From assembly GCA_964016885.1 (NCBI GenBank), contig OZ024742.1:210180001-210244000 (forward strand): a stretch of 64,000 nt of DNA, in the 5' to 3' direction. The notes below the pieces were generated by a model. It was not told the DNA's origin. It worked only from the letters and a program-made list of their open reading frames with translations, and did not search any database. This document shows, in pieces, positions 10,311 through 24,285 of this stretch (positions are counted from its first letter, which is position 1; each line of letters opens with the position of its first letter). Both the position numbers and the translations under genes were made by a program. This DNA comes from Eledone cirrhosa. Lineage: Eukaryota.

Positions 10311-10614
10311 ACCTTAGTACTGGACTGTTTTGTTTTGTTTTTTAATCAACCTCGAAAGGCTGAGTCGTTGGAACGTCCGATGGAAAGGTATACTGCATTC
10401 GTTCCGGCTCCCTGCACTCTGAGTTCAAATCCCGCCGAGGTCAACTTTACTTTTCATCCTTTCGAAGTCGATAAAAATGTACGCGTTCAGCACTGGGGTC
10501 AATTCTTGTGTATGTGTATATAAGGAACGATCGACTTTCGTCAACTCGGACCGAGGGAACAATGTTTCCGTTGGTCTTTCCAATTCCTAATACTATCTAT
10601 CGGTCGCAACTCCA

Positions 10615-10743
10615 GGTAGAAGGAGCAACGTGAAATAAAGTGTCTTGCTCAAGGACATAACGCATCGCCTAGTCCAGGAATCGAACTCACAACCTTACGA
10701 TTGCGAATCCAATTCTCTAACCACTCAGCCACACGCCTTCACT
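10615..10743 (-). mobile_element. tRNA-derived SINE, family B (head and central domain)
   Basis: The reverse complement shows an A-box TGGCTGAGTGG and a B-box GAGTTCGATTCC, then GTCCTTGAGCAAGACACTT (V/CORE-like central motif). Candidate tail pieces (GCTAGAAATAGCAGCC) lie near 21960, 22460, 23250 and 31830. Confidence 0.7.
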
Positions 10744-10744
10744 A

Positions 10745-10784
<40 letters not shown>

Positions 10785-10946
10785 GTTTCTACTATTGGCA
10801 CAAGGCCAGAAATTACCCAGTACATTACTGGTACTTTATTTTATCGACCCCGTAAGGATGAAAGGCAAAGTTAACCTCGGCGGGATTTGAACTCAGAATA
10901 GCATATATATAATGCACTCTAACCACTCAGCCACACGCCTTCACTA

Positions 10947-10986
<40 letters not shown>

Positions 10987-11145
10987 GTTTCTACTTTTGG
11001 CACAAGGCCAGCAATTACCCAGTGCATTACTGGTACTTTATTTTATCGACCCCGTAAGGATGAAAGGCAAAGTTAACCTCGGCGGGATTTGAACTCAGAA
11101 TAGCATATATATAATGCACTCTAACCACTCAGCCACACGCCTTCA

Positions 11146-11150
<5 letters not shown>
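10716..11150. repeat. about 201-bp tandem duplication of a composite SINE B / (TA)n / SINE A unit
   Basis: CTCTAACCACTCAGCCACACGCCTTCACTAAT occurs at 10716, 10917 and 11119. Confidence 0.85.
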
Positions 11151-11183
<33 letters not shown>

Positions 11184-11219
11184 TACATTTGCGTGTGTGT
11201 GTGTGGGTGTGAGTTTGTG

Positions 11220-11260
<41 letters not shown>

Positions 11261-11553
11261 GTTTTATTGCTCTACATGGCTGAATACAAGAAATGCATAT
11301 CTGCTTTTTTTCGAACATTAATAATAATTGTTTCTACTTTAGGCACAAGGCCAGCAATTCCCCAGTACATTACTGGTACTTGATTTTATCGACCCCGTAA
11401 GGATGAAAAGCAAAGTTAACCTCGGCTGGATTTGAACTCAGACTGTAAAGGGACGTAACTATGCTAGAAAGCATGGCGTCCAACCCTCTACCGATACTGC
11501 CTATTCACCGCCCTTTATTAATAATAATAATACATATATATATAACCAAATAA

Positions 11554-11641
<88 letters not shown>

Positions 11642-11974
11642 AGAGAGAGAAAGAGCCATATACCGCACAAGAAACACGGTATATTGTATTTATACCAAAT
11701 ATATATTCTTTTATATGTATACAGGTGGAATCATAAGTGAAACCTTATAACGCTATTTCATACCTTGAGAGTATGGCTAAAAGTCGATCTATGTAATCGA
11801 TCATCGAAAGAAAAAAAATCAATCAATATATTCTATCATCGAAGACAACCTATCGATTATGATTAAACCACATGAGACTCGAGTACTTATCAGTACCTGA
11901 GTCTCATGTGGTTTCATCACCTCGTCACACACCATCACATCCCACTATATAAACACACACCATCACACCACACT

Positions 11975-14900
11975 TTAATAATAATATAATAAAAATGAAA
12001 TTATTGTGTACAGTGTTCAGGTGCACTAACTCATCAAAGGTGCATGTATAGTACATAGAGTAATGTACAAATGTCAGGAAAGTGAACAATGTGTGAGTCA
12101 TGATATACATGTGTGCGTGTGTATGGAGGGAGTTTATCAGGTGTAGTGTTGGCGAATTTCAGGAAAGATGGAGGTTTTAAAGGATGAAATGTCTTGGCAG
12201 CTAACAACTGATGCAGGTATTTTGTTCCATGCTTCAGCAACTCTGAGCGTGAAAAATTGTTTCCGAAAGTCATGGGAGCTGTGCTGTTTTCTGACTTTGT
12301 AGGCATGTCCACGTGTTAGACACATGGAAATAAAAAAGGTGCTCAGGGTTGTTGTTGGCAAGATGGTTAATAATTTTGCGGGTGTTTACCACGTCAGTTG
12401 CCAGACGTCGGAGCTTCAATATATCCATGCCCAGAGAAGCAAGGCATTCAGAGTATGGTAGATGCCTGATGGAGGGTACTCGCTTGGTTGCACGTCTCTG
12501 AACAGTTTCCAGGAGGTCAATGTTCTGAGCAAGATAGGGGTTCCAGACTGGTGATGCAAATTCTAAGTGTAGCCGCACCCTAGCTATATACAGTTTTAAA
12601 TAGATAGCTGGAGAGCGGCTGACAAAGGTCTTGCTGAGTGATGCCAAGACACCCTCGGCCTTCTTGAAAATTTTAGAGATGTGCTTTGTCAAACGCAAAT
12701 CGCTGCTGTCAGTAATGTCCAGGTCACGTTCACAAGAAGACTTCTTGATATTAGTGTTGTGGAGGAAGTATGTGGAGACTGGGTTTTACGCCCAAAATGC
12801 ACGGTGGTACACTTGTCCACAGTTAGCTTGAGTTGTCAGTCCATGATCCATTGCTGCATTGTATCCAGGTCTGATTGCAGGAGAGATCTATAGTGTTCAG
12901 GATCTGTCCTTTTTATCTCAAAGTACAGCTTGATGTCATCTGCATATTTCAGTACTGTAGCATTCTTTAAGTTGGCATCTATGTAATTAATATATACAAC
13001 AACAAACAAAAGGGGACCAAGAACAGATCCCTGTGGTACACCAGATGACATCTCATACGGTGAAGAATGCTGTCCTTAAACCATGACTACCTCTCTTCGA
13101 CTGAGTTAAAAAGATCATCCTTCACATCCATTGCAGAGAGTTTTGCCATAAGTCTTTTGTGTGGCACAGAATTAAAAGCTTTAGCAAAGTCAAGGTAAAC
13201 AACATCCACCCATGAGCCGCTATCAGTGATCCGGGTGATGTCTTCAAGAAACTCGATAAGTTGATCACGGCAGCTGGAGTTAGGGATAAATCCAAATTGC
13301 GAGGGCCGGATAAGGCTGTGAGAATTCCAGAAGTTCCAGAGTGTTTCTCTGACACAGGATTCCATCAGTTTGGCAATGCAGCTAGTAAGACTGACTGGAC
13401 GATAGTTGACAGGTGATGTGCGCTCACCCTTTTTGAACAGAGGAATGACACTGGCAGTTTTCAACTGCTCCGGAGTAGCACCATTATTAAGACAGAATTG
13501 AAAGAAGAGTGAAAGCTGGTGCAGAAGAAAGTCCCCACCACGTTTGAGAAGCAGGTACGTAACACCATCAAGACCAAGAGAAGCTTAGTTGCACTATTTC
13601 TTAAGGTGACATCGCAGCATTACAGGTGTAAATTCCATAGTTGTTATAGAATTTGATGTCAGATGTGGTGGAGATGGTACGTTTTGGTTTTCAACAGTGA
13701 AAATGCCTGCATACCATTCAGCAATGAGTTCTAGGCATTCTTTTGTATCGTCAGTAATCTGGCTTGTGTGGGAATTGCGAAGAGGACCAACTGGAGAGTG
13801 AGGTCTCTGCTGTGAATGTACATATTTCCAGAACACCTTACTGTTAAAATTCAAGCAGTGCCTTTTTTGTCACCTGCTTGAGCTGGTTGGATGATTTAAT
13901 TCGCTTTTTTCTATTGATTTATGCAGTTTGTATTCCCATTCAGCATTGCGACGTTCTTTCCTGGCAAGTCGGACCGCTGCAGTCTCCCAAATTGCACTTT
14001 GGGGATGTTTTTTCTGCTTACGTGGAACTGATGTTGCACATACTGTCCATATTGATTTCAGTATGTTCTGAATTATAGTGTTGACATCTCCAGAGTCGTA
14101 AAATTCAAGCCAGTTTGGGCATTGTAGCTCGGTGCAGTAATAGTTCCAGATGCTTTATTCCAGTCAAAGTGAGCAGTTTGGAGATGGTTGTGGTTTTTGT
14201 TACTGCCCATAAGAGACAGATTGGCAATGATCATAGTATGATCAGAGTCACCTAAATGTTCCTCAGTAGTAACACTAATAACCGTTTCTGGAATAGTGGT
14301 GAAGAGTAGATCCAAAGTGTTGTCACCTCTTGATGGGGAGGTGACTACTTGGGACCAGTTTGAGTCCAGCATTAGCTCAAGGAAATCATTTGCACTTTGC
14401 GGCCAACGAAAGGTTTCCCAATCAATCTCATGGTGATTGAAGTCGCCTGTAATAAAATCATAAGTGGCTGTTTTCTTGGCAACAGCTCTGAGGATATCAC
14501 AAAGATGTGTGTCCTGGTGGTAATTTGGGGGGAGGGGGTAAACAAGTCCAAGTAGAAGTGTTGACGTGGTCATACGTATATCGCAGAAAAATACTTCTTG
14601 TTCTGATTGGTTCAAATCGACGCAAGGAATTGCTGAGAAGCTTGAACGAACGTAGACCATCACACCACCACCACCACCACGATTAATGCAGTCTTTGTGA
14701 AATAAGTTGTAGCCAGCTATGCTGAAAACCCCATTACAGAGTAATGAATGTGCCCATGTTTCCGTGACTGTAATGAAATCAGGGTCGATACTTTTGACCT
14801 AAGAATCAAAAAGTTGTATCTTGTTGCATAGACTACGTGCATTTAAGGACGACAATTTGTACCTTGATTTCAATTTATGATGATGTGCAGGGGATAGCAG

Positions 14901-16020
14901 GTTGTTCAGATTTAGTTTCCCACAATTTTTTCATTGCCAGGTATTGTGGGTACAGTGTGTTCAGACCAGCTGGTATCGCTTTTCCATGTTTCACCAGCCT
15001 TAATAATCTTCCATATCTGCCCGTCATCACGTAGGTTGAAGCTTTCATGTTGTGTTGAGTTGCGATTTAAGGGAGCTGCAGCACGTGATATCAGGTGATA
15101 GGCCAGGGAGTGTTCGGAAGGTAATCCGATTTTCACGCCTAGCTTTATCAGAGATTAAATATATGAACGCGCCTCAGTAGAATTTGAAAGAGACAGCCTA
15201 ATTAATCTGGATTTCGGACGTGGTCTTTGGATGAGCTGTCAGCAAATGTCTGAAGATCAGTCATGTCCACTGATACACCAATGGCAATTACTTCGTGGGT
15301 TATAGGTTCAGTGGCTTTCTCAATGCGTCTAGATTTTCGGCAAGAGCTACGGGGAGACTTTTTAGCAAGGCATTCCGGTAAGATCCCTCGTTGTGAGGTT
15401 TTACACAAACGCTTGATTTGATTCCTGCTATTTCTCGGCTTTCCACAAAAATCATTTGTCGTATTTCCACAAAATCATTTGTCGTATTTCCACAAACTCT
15501 GTATTAATGGTCTATTTTTGTTGTTGTTGTTCTTCTTCTTCAACAGGAATGGTAGAGGAAGACACAGTCACCGGCTGTTGTTGTTGATGATGTCCTTCAA
15601 CAGGAATGGTAACGGAAGCTAAGGTCATCGGTTTTGCTGGTGTTCAGCAGCAATGGTAGAGGAAGACACGGTCATCGGTTTTTGTTGTTGTTGTTCAATA
15701 ACAACGGTAGAAGCAGACACAGAGGCCAGTTTGGTAGCTCGACCATTTCCCAGAGTCCATCCATCATAGAAATATGGTGTCTCTTTTTCTGGCTTGGGAT
15801 CTTTCGAAAGTTTGTGGCACATTGAAGGCAAACAGAAACACATTAACTACATTCAACGATTTCAAAAGTTCTCTGGTTCTGTATATAGATAACAGACGTG
15901 ATTTTCTGGGCAAGGTTCTGTAGTGACCTACATTCCGAAGGCTCATGGATTGGTTGTTTGGCTCAGTTCAGCCAATCGCTACCAGCGTAGGAGAATGTAT
16001 CTCGACTTCCGCCTAGAGGG
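11975..16020 (-). mobile_element. decayed near full-length CR1-clade LINE
   Basis: APE (LNARSLCNK near 14850, ITGDFNH, TLDLLFT, LGDSDH), RT (NYRPVSLTS, QFGF, VYLDFAKAF, GVPQGSVLGPLLF, KYADD), CR1-type C-terminus (LEFASPVWNP, TRGHAYK, RKQFFTLRVAEAWN) and an (ATT)n-like tail near 11975-12000. It has many stops and frameshifts. Confidence 0.88.
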
Positions 16021-17100
16021 GGGATTCCCGCGGCGATTTGAAACTCTCTCTCTCTCTCTCTCTTGCAGCTCGACACCGTGAAGGTAAACATCTCTTACTT
16101 TCGTTCCTCAAGTATAGACAATATGTAGCACAGATATCACTACGGGTCTGGCTAACGCCTCAGCCAGTTGACCGTACCTTCTTAAACTCTTAATTAGTAA
16201 TTTCTCTTGGCATGCCATTTAAACCTTTCTAACCTTTTTTATTGATAACATTAACTATCCTCTCAAGAGACATTCTTCTAACCTTTGTAATCTGTAAATA
16301 AATTATATATAAACAATTATACAGTCGTAAGATGCTATTTTCCACAACATTGCTTTTTAACATCTTCAATGGTGACTTCCGTGATACAATACACAAATAC
16401 ACACATTCTCAACACAAACATCTACTAAATAACCATCTTCTAAAGTTCTATTTTGGAACATCGACCAGTTTTATCACACACTTCATCCATGGATGTCACA
16501 ATAGCAATTTTGTTCTGTCTGTCCATCCGTACAGTAGAACAAAATGAAAACAAATAGATATGCTGCTTAAGTTTAGCACACTTGTTAACGAGATAAAATA
16601 TTTGTTTATGTTTCGTCTTTTTTTTTGTTTCCGTTTTCGTGGGGGGGGGGGTCTGTGTGTGTGTGTGTGTGTGTGCAAAAAGATGTATTTGGGTTAGAAA
16701 CGAAGTCAATGCCCAACATGGTTTTATAATGTAGGTAAGATTGGCCGGTATAGTGTCTCACAAAATAGTGTGGAAGTAGTTAGAAGTAGTTAGTGTGATC
16801 CCTAAGGGATGTAGTGATTTTTTTTTTTCCATTTATATCTACTCTTGGTTTGTTGGCGAAAATCAGATATACTTTGTTGTAGTAAATGTTATGCCGAAAC
16901 TGTATTTGTAATAATTGTTTCTACTTTTAGCACAAGGCCAGCAATTACTCAGTACATTATTTGTACTTTATTTTATCGATTTGAACTCAATGAATATTGT
17001 AATCTATCTGATGTGTTAAAAGGGCAGTTTTCGGAGATAATATTATATTTAGATTAGAGAGGCGTGGTCAAGCGTCCTTTCTTGCTACCATCTTGCTTCC

Positions 17101-20100
17101 CTATGTAGACACACCAATACACCACACTCTGTAGACACACACCACACTATATAGACACACACCATCACACCACACTATATAGACACACACCATCACACCA
17201 CACTATACAGACACACACCCTCACACCAGACTATATAGACACACACCATCACACCACACTATACAGACACACACCATCACACCACACTATATAGACACAC
17301 ACTATCACACCACACTCTGTAGACACACACCGTCACACCACACTATATAGACACACACCATCACACCACACTATACAGACACACACCATCACACCACACT
17401 ATATAGACACACACCATCACACCACACTCTGTAGACACACACCATCACATCACACTATACAGACACACAACATCACACCACACTATACAGACACACACCC
17501 TCACACCACACTATATAGACACACACCATCACACCACACTATACAGACACACACCATCACACCACACTATATAGACACACACCATCACACCACACTCTGT
17601 AGACACACACCGTCACACCACACTATATAGACACACACCATCACACCACACTATACAGACACACACCATCACACCACACTCTGTAGACACACACCGTCAC
17701 ACCACATTATATAGACACACACCATCACACCACATTATATAGACACACACCATCACACCACACTATATAGACACACACCATCACACCACACTATACAGAC
17801 ACACACCATCACACCACACTATACAGACACACACCATCACACCACACTATACAGACACACACCATCACACCACACACTGTAGACACACACCATCACACCA
17901 CACTATACAGACACACACCATCACACCACACTATACAGACACACACACCATCACACCACACTATACAGACACACACCATCACACCACACTATACAGACAC
18001 ACACCATCACACCACACTATACAGACACACACCATATTACCACACTATATAGACACACACCATCACACCACACTATACAGACACACACCATCACACCACA
18101 CTATACAGACACACACCATCACACCACACTATACAGGCACACACCATATTACCACACTATGTAGACACACACCATCACACCACACTATATAGACACACAC
18201 CATCACACCACACTATACAGACACACACCATCACACCACACTATATAGACACACACCATCACACCACACTATACAGACACACACCATATTACCACACTAT
18301 GTAGACACACACCGTCACACCACACTATATAGACACACACCATCACACCACACTATATAGACACACACCATCACACCACACTATACAGACACACACCATC
18401 ACACCACACTATACAGACACACACTATCACACTACACTATATAGACACACACCATCACACCACATTATACAGACACACACCATATTACCACACTATACAG
18501 AAACACACACCATCACACCACACTATACAGACACACACACCATCACACCACACTATACAGACACACACACCATCACACCACACTATATAGACACACACCA
18601 TCACACCACACTATACAGACACACACCATATTACCACACTATACAGACACACACCATCACACTACACTATATAGACACACACCATCACACCACACTCTGT
18701 AGACACACACCATCACACCACACTATACAGACACACACCATCACACTACACTATATAGACACACACCATCACACCACACTCTGTAGACACACACCATCAC
18801 ACCACACTATATAGACACACACCATCACACCACACTATATAGACACACACCATCACACCACACTCTGTAGACACACACCATCACACCACACTATACAGAC
18901 ACACACCATCACACCACACTCTGTAGACACACACCATCACACCACACTATACAGACACACACCATATTACCACACTATACAGACACACACCATCACACCA
19001 CACTATACAGACACACACTATCACACTACACTATATAGACACACACCATCACACCACACTCTGTAGACACACACCATCACACCACACTATATAGACACAC
19101 ACCATCACACCACACTATACAGACACACACCATCACACCACACTATATAGACACACACCATCACACCACACTATACAGACACACACCATATTACCACACT
19201 ATGTAGACACACACCGTCACACCACACTATATAGACACACACCATCACACCACACTATATAGACAAACACCATCACACCACACTATACAGACACACACCA
19301 TATTACCACACTATGTAGACACACACCGTCACACCACACTATATAGACACACACCATCACACCACACTATATAGACACACACCATCACACCAAACTATAT
19401 AGACACACACTATCACACCACACTCTGTAGACACACACCATCACACCACACTATATAGACACACACCATCACACCACACTATACAGACACACACCATCAC
19501 ACCACACTATATAGACACACACCATCACACCACACTATACAGACACACACCATATTACCACACTATGTAGACACACACCGTCACACCACACTATATAGAC
19601 ACACACCATCACACCACACTATATAGACACACACCATCACACCACACTATACAGACACACACCATATTACCACACTATGTAGACACACACCGTCACACCA
19701 CACTATATAGACACACACCATCACACCACACTATATAGACACACACCATCACACCACACTATACAGACACACACCATATTACCACACTATGTAGACACAC
19801 ACCGTCACACCACACTATATAGACACACACCATCACACCACACTATATAGACACACACCATCACACCACACTATATAGACACACACCATCACACCACACT
19901 ATACAGACACACACCATCACACCACACTATATAGACACACACCATCACACCACACTATACAGACACACACCATCACACCACACTATACAGACACACACCA
20001 TCACACCACACTATACAGACACACACCATCACACCACACTATATAGACACACACCATCACACCACACTATACAGGCACACACCATCACACCACACTAGAC

Positions 20101-21906
20101 AGACACACACCATATTACCACACTATACAGACACACACCATCACACCACACTATATAGACACACACTATCACACCACACTCTGTAGACACACACCGTCAC
20201 ACCACACTATATAGACACACACCATCACACCACACTATACAGACACACACCATCACACCACACTATATAGACACACACCATCACACCACACTCTGTAGAC
20301 ACACACCATCACATCACACTATACAGACACACAACATCACACCACACTATACAGACACACACCCTCACACCACACTATATAGACACACACCATCACACCA
20401 CACTATACAGACACACACCATCACACCACACTATATAGACACACACCATCACACCACACTCTGTAGACACACACCATCACACCACACTATATAGACACAC
20501 ACCATCACACCACACTCTGTAGACACACACCATCACACCACACTATATAGACACACACCATCACACCACACTCTGTAGACACACACCATATTACCACACT
20601 ATACAGACACACACCATCACAACACACTATATAGACACACACCATCACACCACACTATACAGACACACACCATCACACCACACTCTGTAGACACACACCA
20701 TCACACCACACTATACAGACACACACCATCACAACACACTATATAGACACACACACCATCACACCACACTATACAGACACACACCATCACACCACACTAT
20801 ATAGACACACACCATCACACCACACTATATAGACACACACCATCACACCACACTCTGTAGACACACACCATCACACCACACTATACAGACACACACCATC
20901 ACACCACACTATACAGACACACACCATCACACCACACTATACAGACACACACCATATTACCACACTATACAGACACACACCATCACACCACACTATACAG
21001 ACACACACCATTACACCACACTCTGTAGACACACACCATCACACCACACTATATAGACACACACCATCACACCACACTATATAGACACACACCATCACAC
21101 CACACTCTGTAGACACACACCATCACACCACACTATACAGACACACACCATCACACCACACTCTGTAGACACACACCATCACACCACACTATACAGACAC
21201 ACACCATATTACCACACTATACAGACACACACCATCACACCACACTATACAGACACACACTATCACACTACACTATATAGACACACACCATCACACCACA
21301 CTCTGTAGACACACACCATCACACCACACTATACAGACACACACCATCACACCACACTATATAGACACACACACCATCACACCACACTATATAGACACAC
21401 ACCATCACACCACACTATACAGACACACACCATATTACCACACTATACAGACACACACTATCACACTACACTATACAGACACACACCATCACACTACACT
21501 ATACAGACACACACCATCACACCACACTATACAGACTCACACCATATTACCACACTATGTAGACACACACCGTCACACCACACTATATAGACACACACCA
21601 TCACACCACACTATATAGACACACACCATCACACCACACTATACAGACACACACCATCACACCACACTATACAGACACACACCATCACACCACACTATAC
21701 AGACACACACCATCACACTCCACTATACAGACACACACCAGCACACCACACTATACAGACACACACCATCACACCACACTATATAGATACACACCATCAC
21801 ACCACACTATATAGATACACACCATCACACCACACTATATAGACACACACCATCACACCACACTATATAGACACACACCATCACACCACACTATATAGAC
21901 ACACAC
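17101..21906. repeat. 28-bp tandem satellite (about 170 monomers)
   Basis: Consensus AGACACACACCATCACACCACACTATAY, period 28 (for example 17181 to 17209), with variants CTCTGT, CTATGT, CATATTA and CCGTC. Confidence 0.97.
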
Positions 21907-24074
21907 CGATACAAAACATTATAGAAGAATACTCACACACACTAGGGAATCAACAAGGGAGCCTCTACGTGGTCACTCGGTCTGCTAGAAAGAGCAGCCA
22001 AATCTCCTTCAATTCAAATCTTATTACTATTATTAGAAAATAATAACAATGTATATCACAGCTCTACATACACCACTTGAAATATAGACGTGTTGGTTAC
22101 GATTGATATGCCTGTAATTATAAGTCTGTTTTATTATAAACTCACCAACACTTACACAAACACGCGACCTCACTCTGGCAAATATAGATATAACATATAG
22201 AGACTTAACATTTCGCATATCTCCCCTTTCAAATCACACTCAAATACACGTGCTTGCGCGACAAAAGAAAGACTACATTAGAATGTAGTCCCTGATATCC
22301 AAAGATATTGCAATGTCAAGGGTGGAACGCTTTTCATCACAGGTCTAAAAAACACATATACATGCACTCTTTTTTTCTCTTTCTTTCGTTCTCTTCTTTC
22401 AAATACAAACAAAGGCACATGCATGTAAACAGTATCATATATCACGGATCGACGATGTAGCCTCTGTGGTCGCTTAACTAGCTAGAAATAGCAGCCACGC
22501 CCTCATTGAATCTCATCTTACTGCCATAAAAAATCAAGACACATGGGAAATGTAATCCTAGATATATGTATGAATAAAAGACTTAGATTAAGTGGTTGGA
22601 ATGTGCTTTGATTAGAGGTTTGTTTGATCAGAGCTGAAACGATACTAAACAACATCTAGACCAAACAAACGCGTGTGCAGGGACACAACACACCACACGC
22701 AGCACATGCATGAATAGATGTTCCCGTAACTCCTGCTGAAGTCATAAGGGCCTCGTATTGACATCGGCGTTTATAGGCCATTTTTGGTTTTTTTAACCTG
22801 GCAGAGCCCATCTCCTCTCCAGACGGGAATAGAGCAGATTTCTTCCAGAAAAAGGATAGCGTGAGAAAATGAGAGTAAGAAAGAGATGTAGAGGAAGAAT
22901 CGACTCCGGTACTAGACTAGTACATTTTTTTATCTACTTGAATGGTTGAAAGGCAAAGTAGACCAAGGTGGGATTTGAACTCGTGGGTGGGGGGGAGGTA
23001 GAAAACCGAAACGAATACTGTAAACACTCTGTCCGACGTTCTAACGACCCTGCCAATTCATATATACACAAAATACAATCACCATTCATTTGACGATACT
23101 TATCAAGTATCTGAAAATCACCACATACACATCAGCACACACACACACATTTGTATACACACTAGATACAAATTCACAGGTTTAGTACACACAGCACACT
23201 ACATTACATGAGACTATACTGCATATGGCATAAATACATTGGAAACCTCTATATGGTCGCTCGACCTGCTAGTAATAGCTGTGGAATCTTTCTCAGATTA
23301 CCGTCAGGAATTAAGGAAGGACACATTGAATATTATAGTTAGCCCTTATAGCTAATAAGCTTGAAACTAGTACAGCGTTCCTTTGTCAGTGTTGAACAAA
23401 CGAGCAACGATGGTTGCTGGACACTACGGCTTAATACGGGATGTTTGTTTACAAACACACCGAGCATTATAATAAATGTTCGGTGAATGCATGCTTACAT
23501 ATATATATGTGTGCATGTATGTATATATATATACATATTACTGTACGTCTGTATACATATATGTATGTACGTGTACATACTTATATTTAAGTAACAGCCG
23601 TACTAAGAGTGGGAAATGAAATTTCGTTTCATTTTTTCCTTATATATATATATATTTTTTACATTCATTTAATTTATTGATTTATTGATATTTTATTTGA
23701 GTGACCCGAATCTTCCTGGTCGTTCTTTTTCGGCTGTACGGGTGATTTTAGGCATAATCTCTATGTGTTGGTAATTTAACGATGGTTATAGCTCTGATTT
23801 ATCCAAATTATTGAGCCCTCTGCCACACATATCGGATATTGTTTATCGTTAATTCGTGAGCTGTTTTTCCGATTCTCGATTATTCTACTATATATATATA
23901 TATATAGTATTAAGGGTACTATTTATGGTTATGTATGCAATAAAACCTTTAATGGTAATATATTATATATACAAACCTTAAATAGTGAAAGATAGTCATT
24001 AATTACTATCCTATTACCAGTAAGATAAATAACTCAATGTAATAACATCAGTTGTTTTACAGAGCAGTTATATA

Positions 24075-24285
24075 GAGATTACAATAATCAAAGTTCAGTT
24101 TAAGTCATTTATTTGCTTACAATTGTTTCCTCCAAACCGAGGTTTGGATTCTTCGGAGCAACTATTTACTGATCTATAACGTACTTGACCTCCTTTTCAA
24201 CCCAAGAGACACATAAAACATATGCGCATATTGATCAACAGTGGGGTGACACTCATCAAATGATATAGCATGGCAATTTACATGT
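24075..24285 (-). mobile_element. PLE-type pseudo-LTR fragment, homologous to 53211-53425
   Basis: About 210 bp align in inverted orientation with 53211-53425 and contain a hammerhead motif. Confidence 0.75.
24113..24164 (-). ncRNA. type I hammerhead motif, CCGAAGA core variant
   Basis: The reverse complement reads TAGTTGCT-CCGAAGA-A-TCCAAAC ctcg GTTTGGA-G-GAAACAATTGT-A-AGCAA. Confidence 0.7.

Noticed and set aside
10660-10743. tRNA gene
   Set aside because: It has A and B boxes but runs into a SINE body, and no convincing acceptor stem is present.
16080-16550. Possible decayed Cys-rich coding fragment on the minus strand (KQCCGK, DICATYCLYL)
   Set aside because: All frames have stops and the motifs are too short to assign. 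A translated search would be needed.
17101-21906. CRISPR array or telomeric repeat
   Set aside because: The monomers are contiguous with no unique spacers and no cas genes nearby. The TG-rich strand is not TTAGGG.
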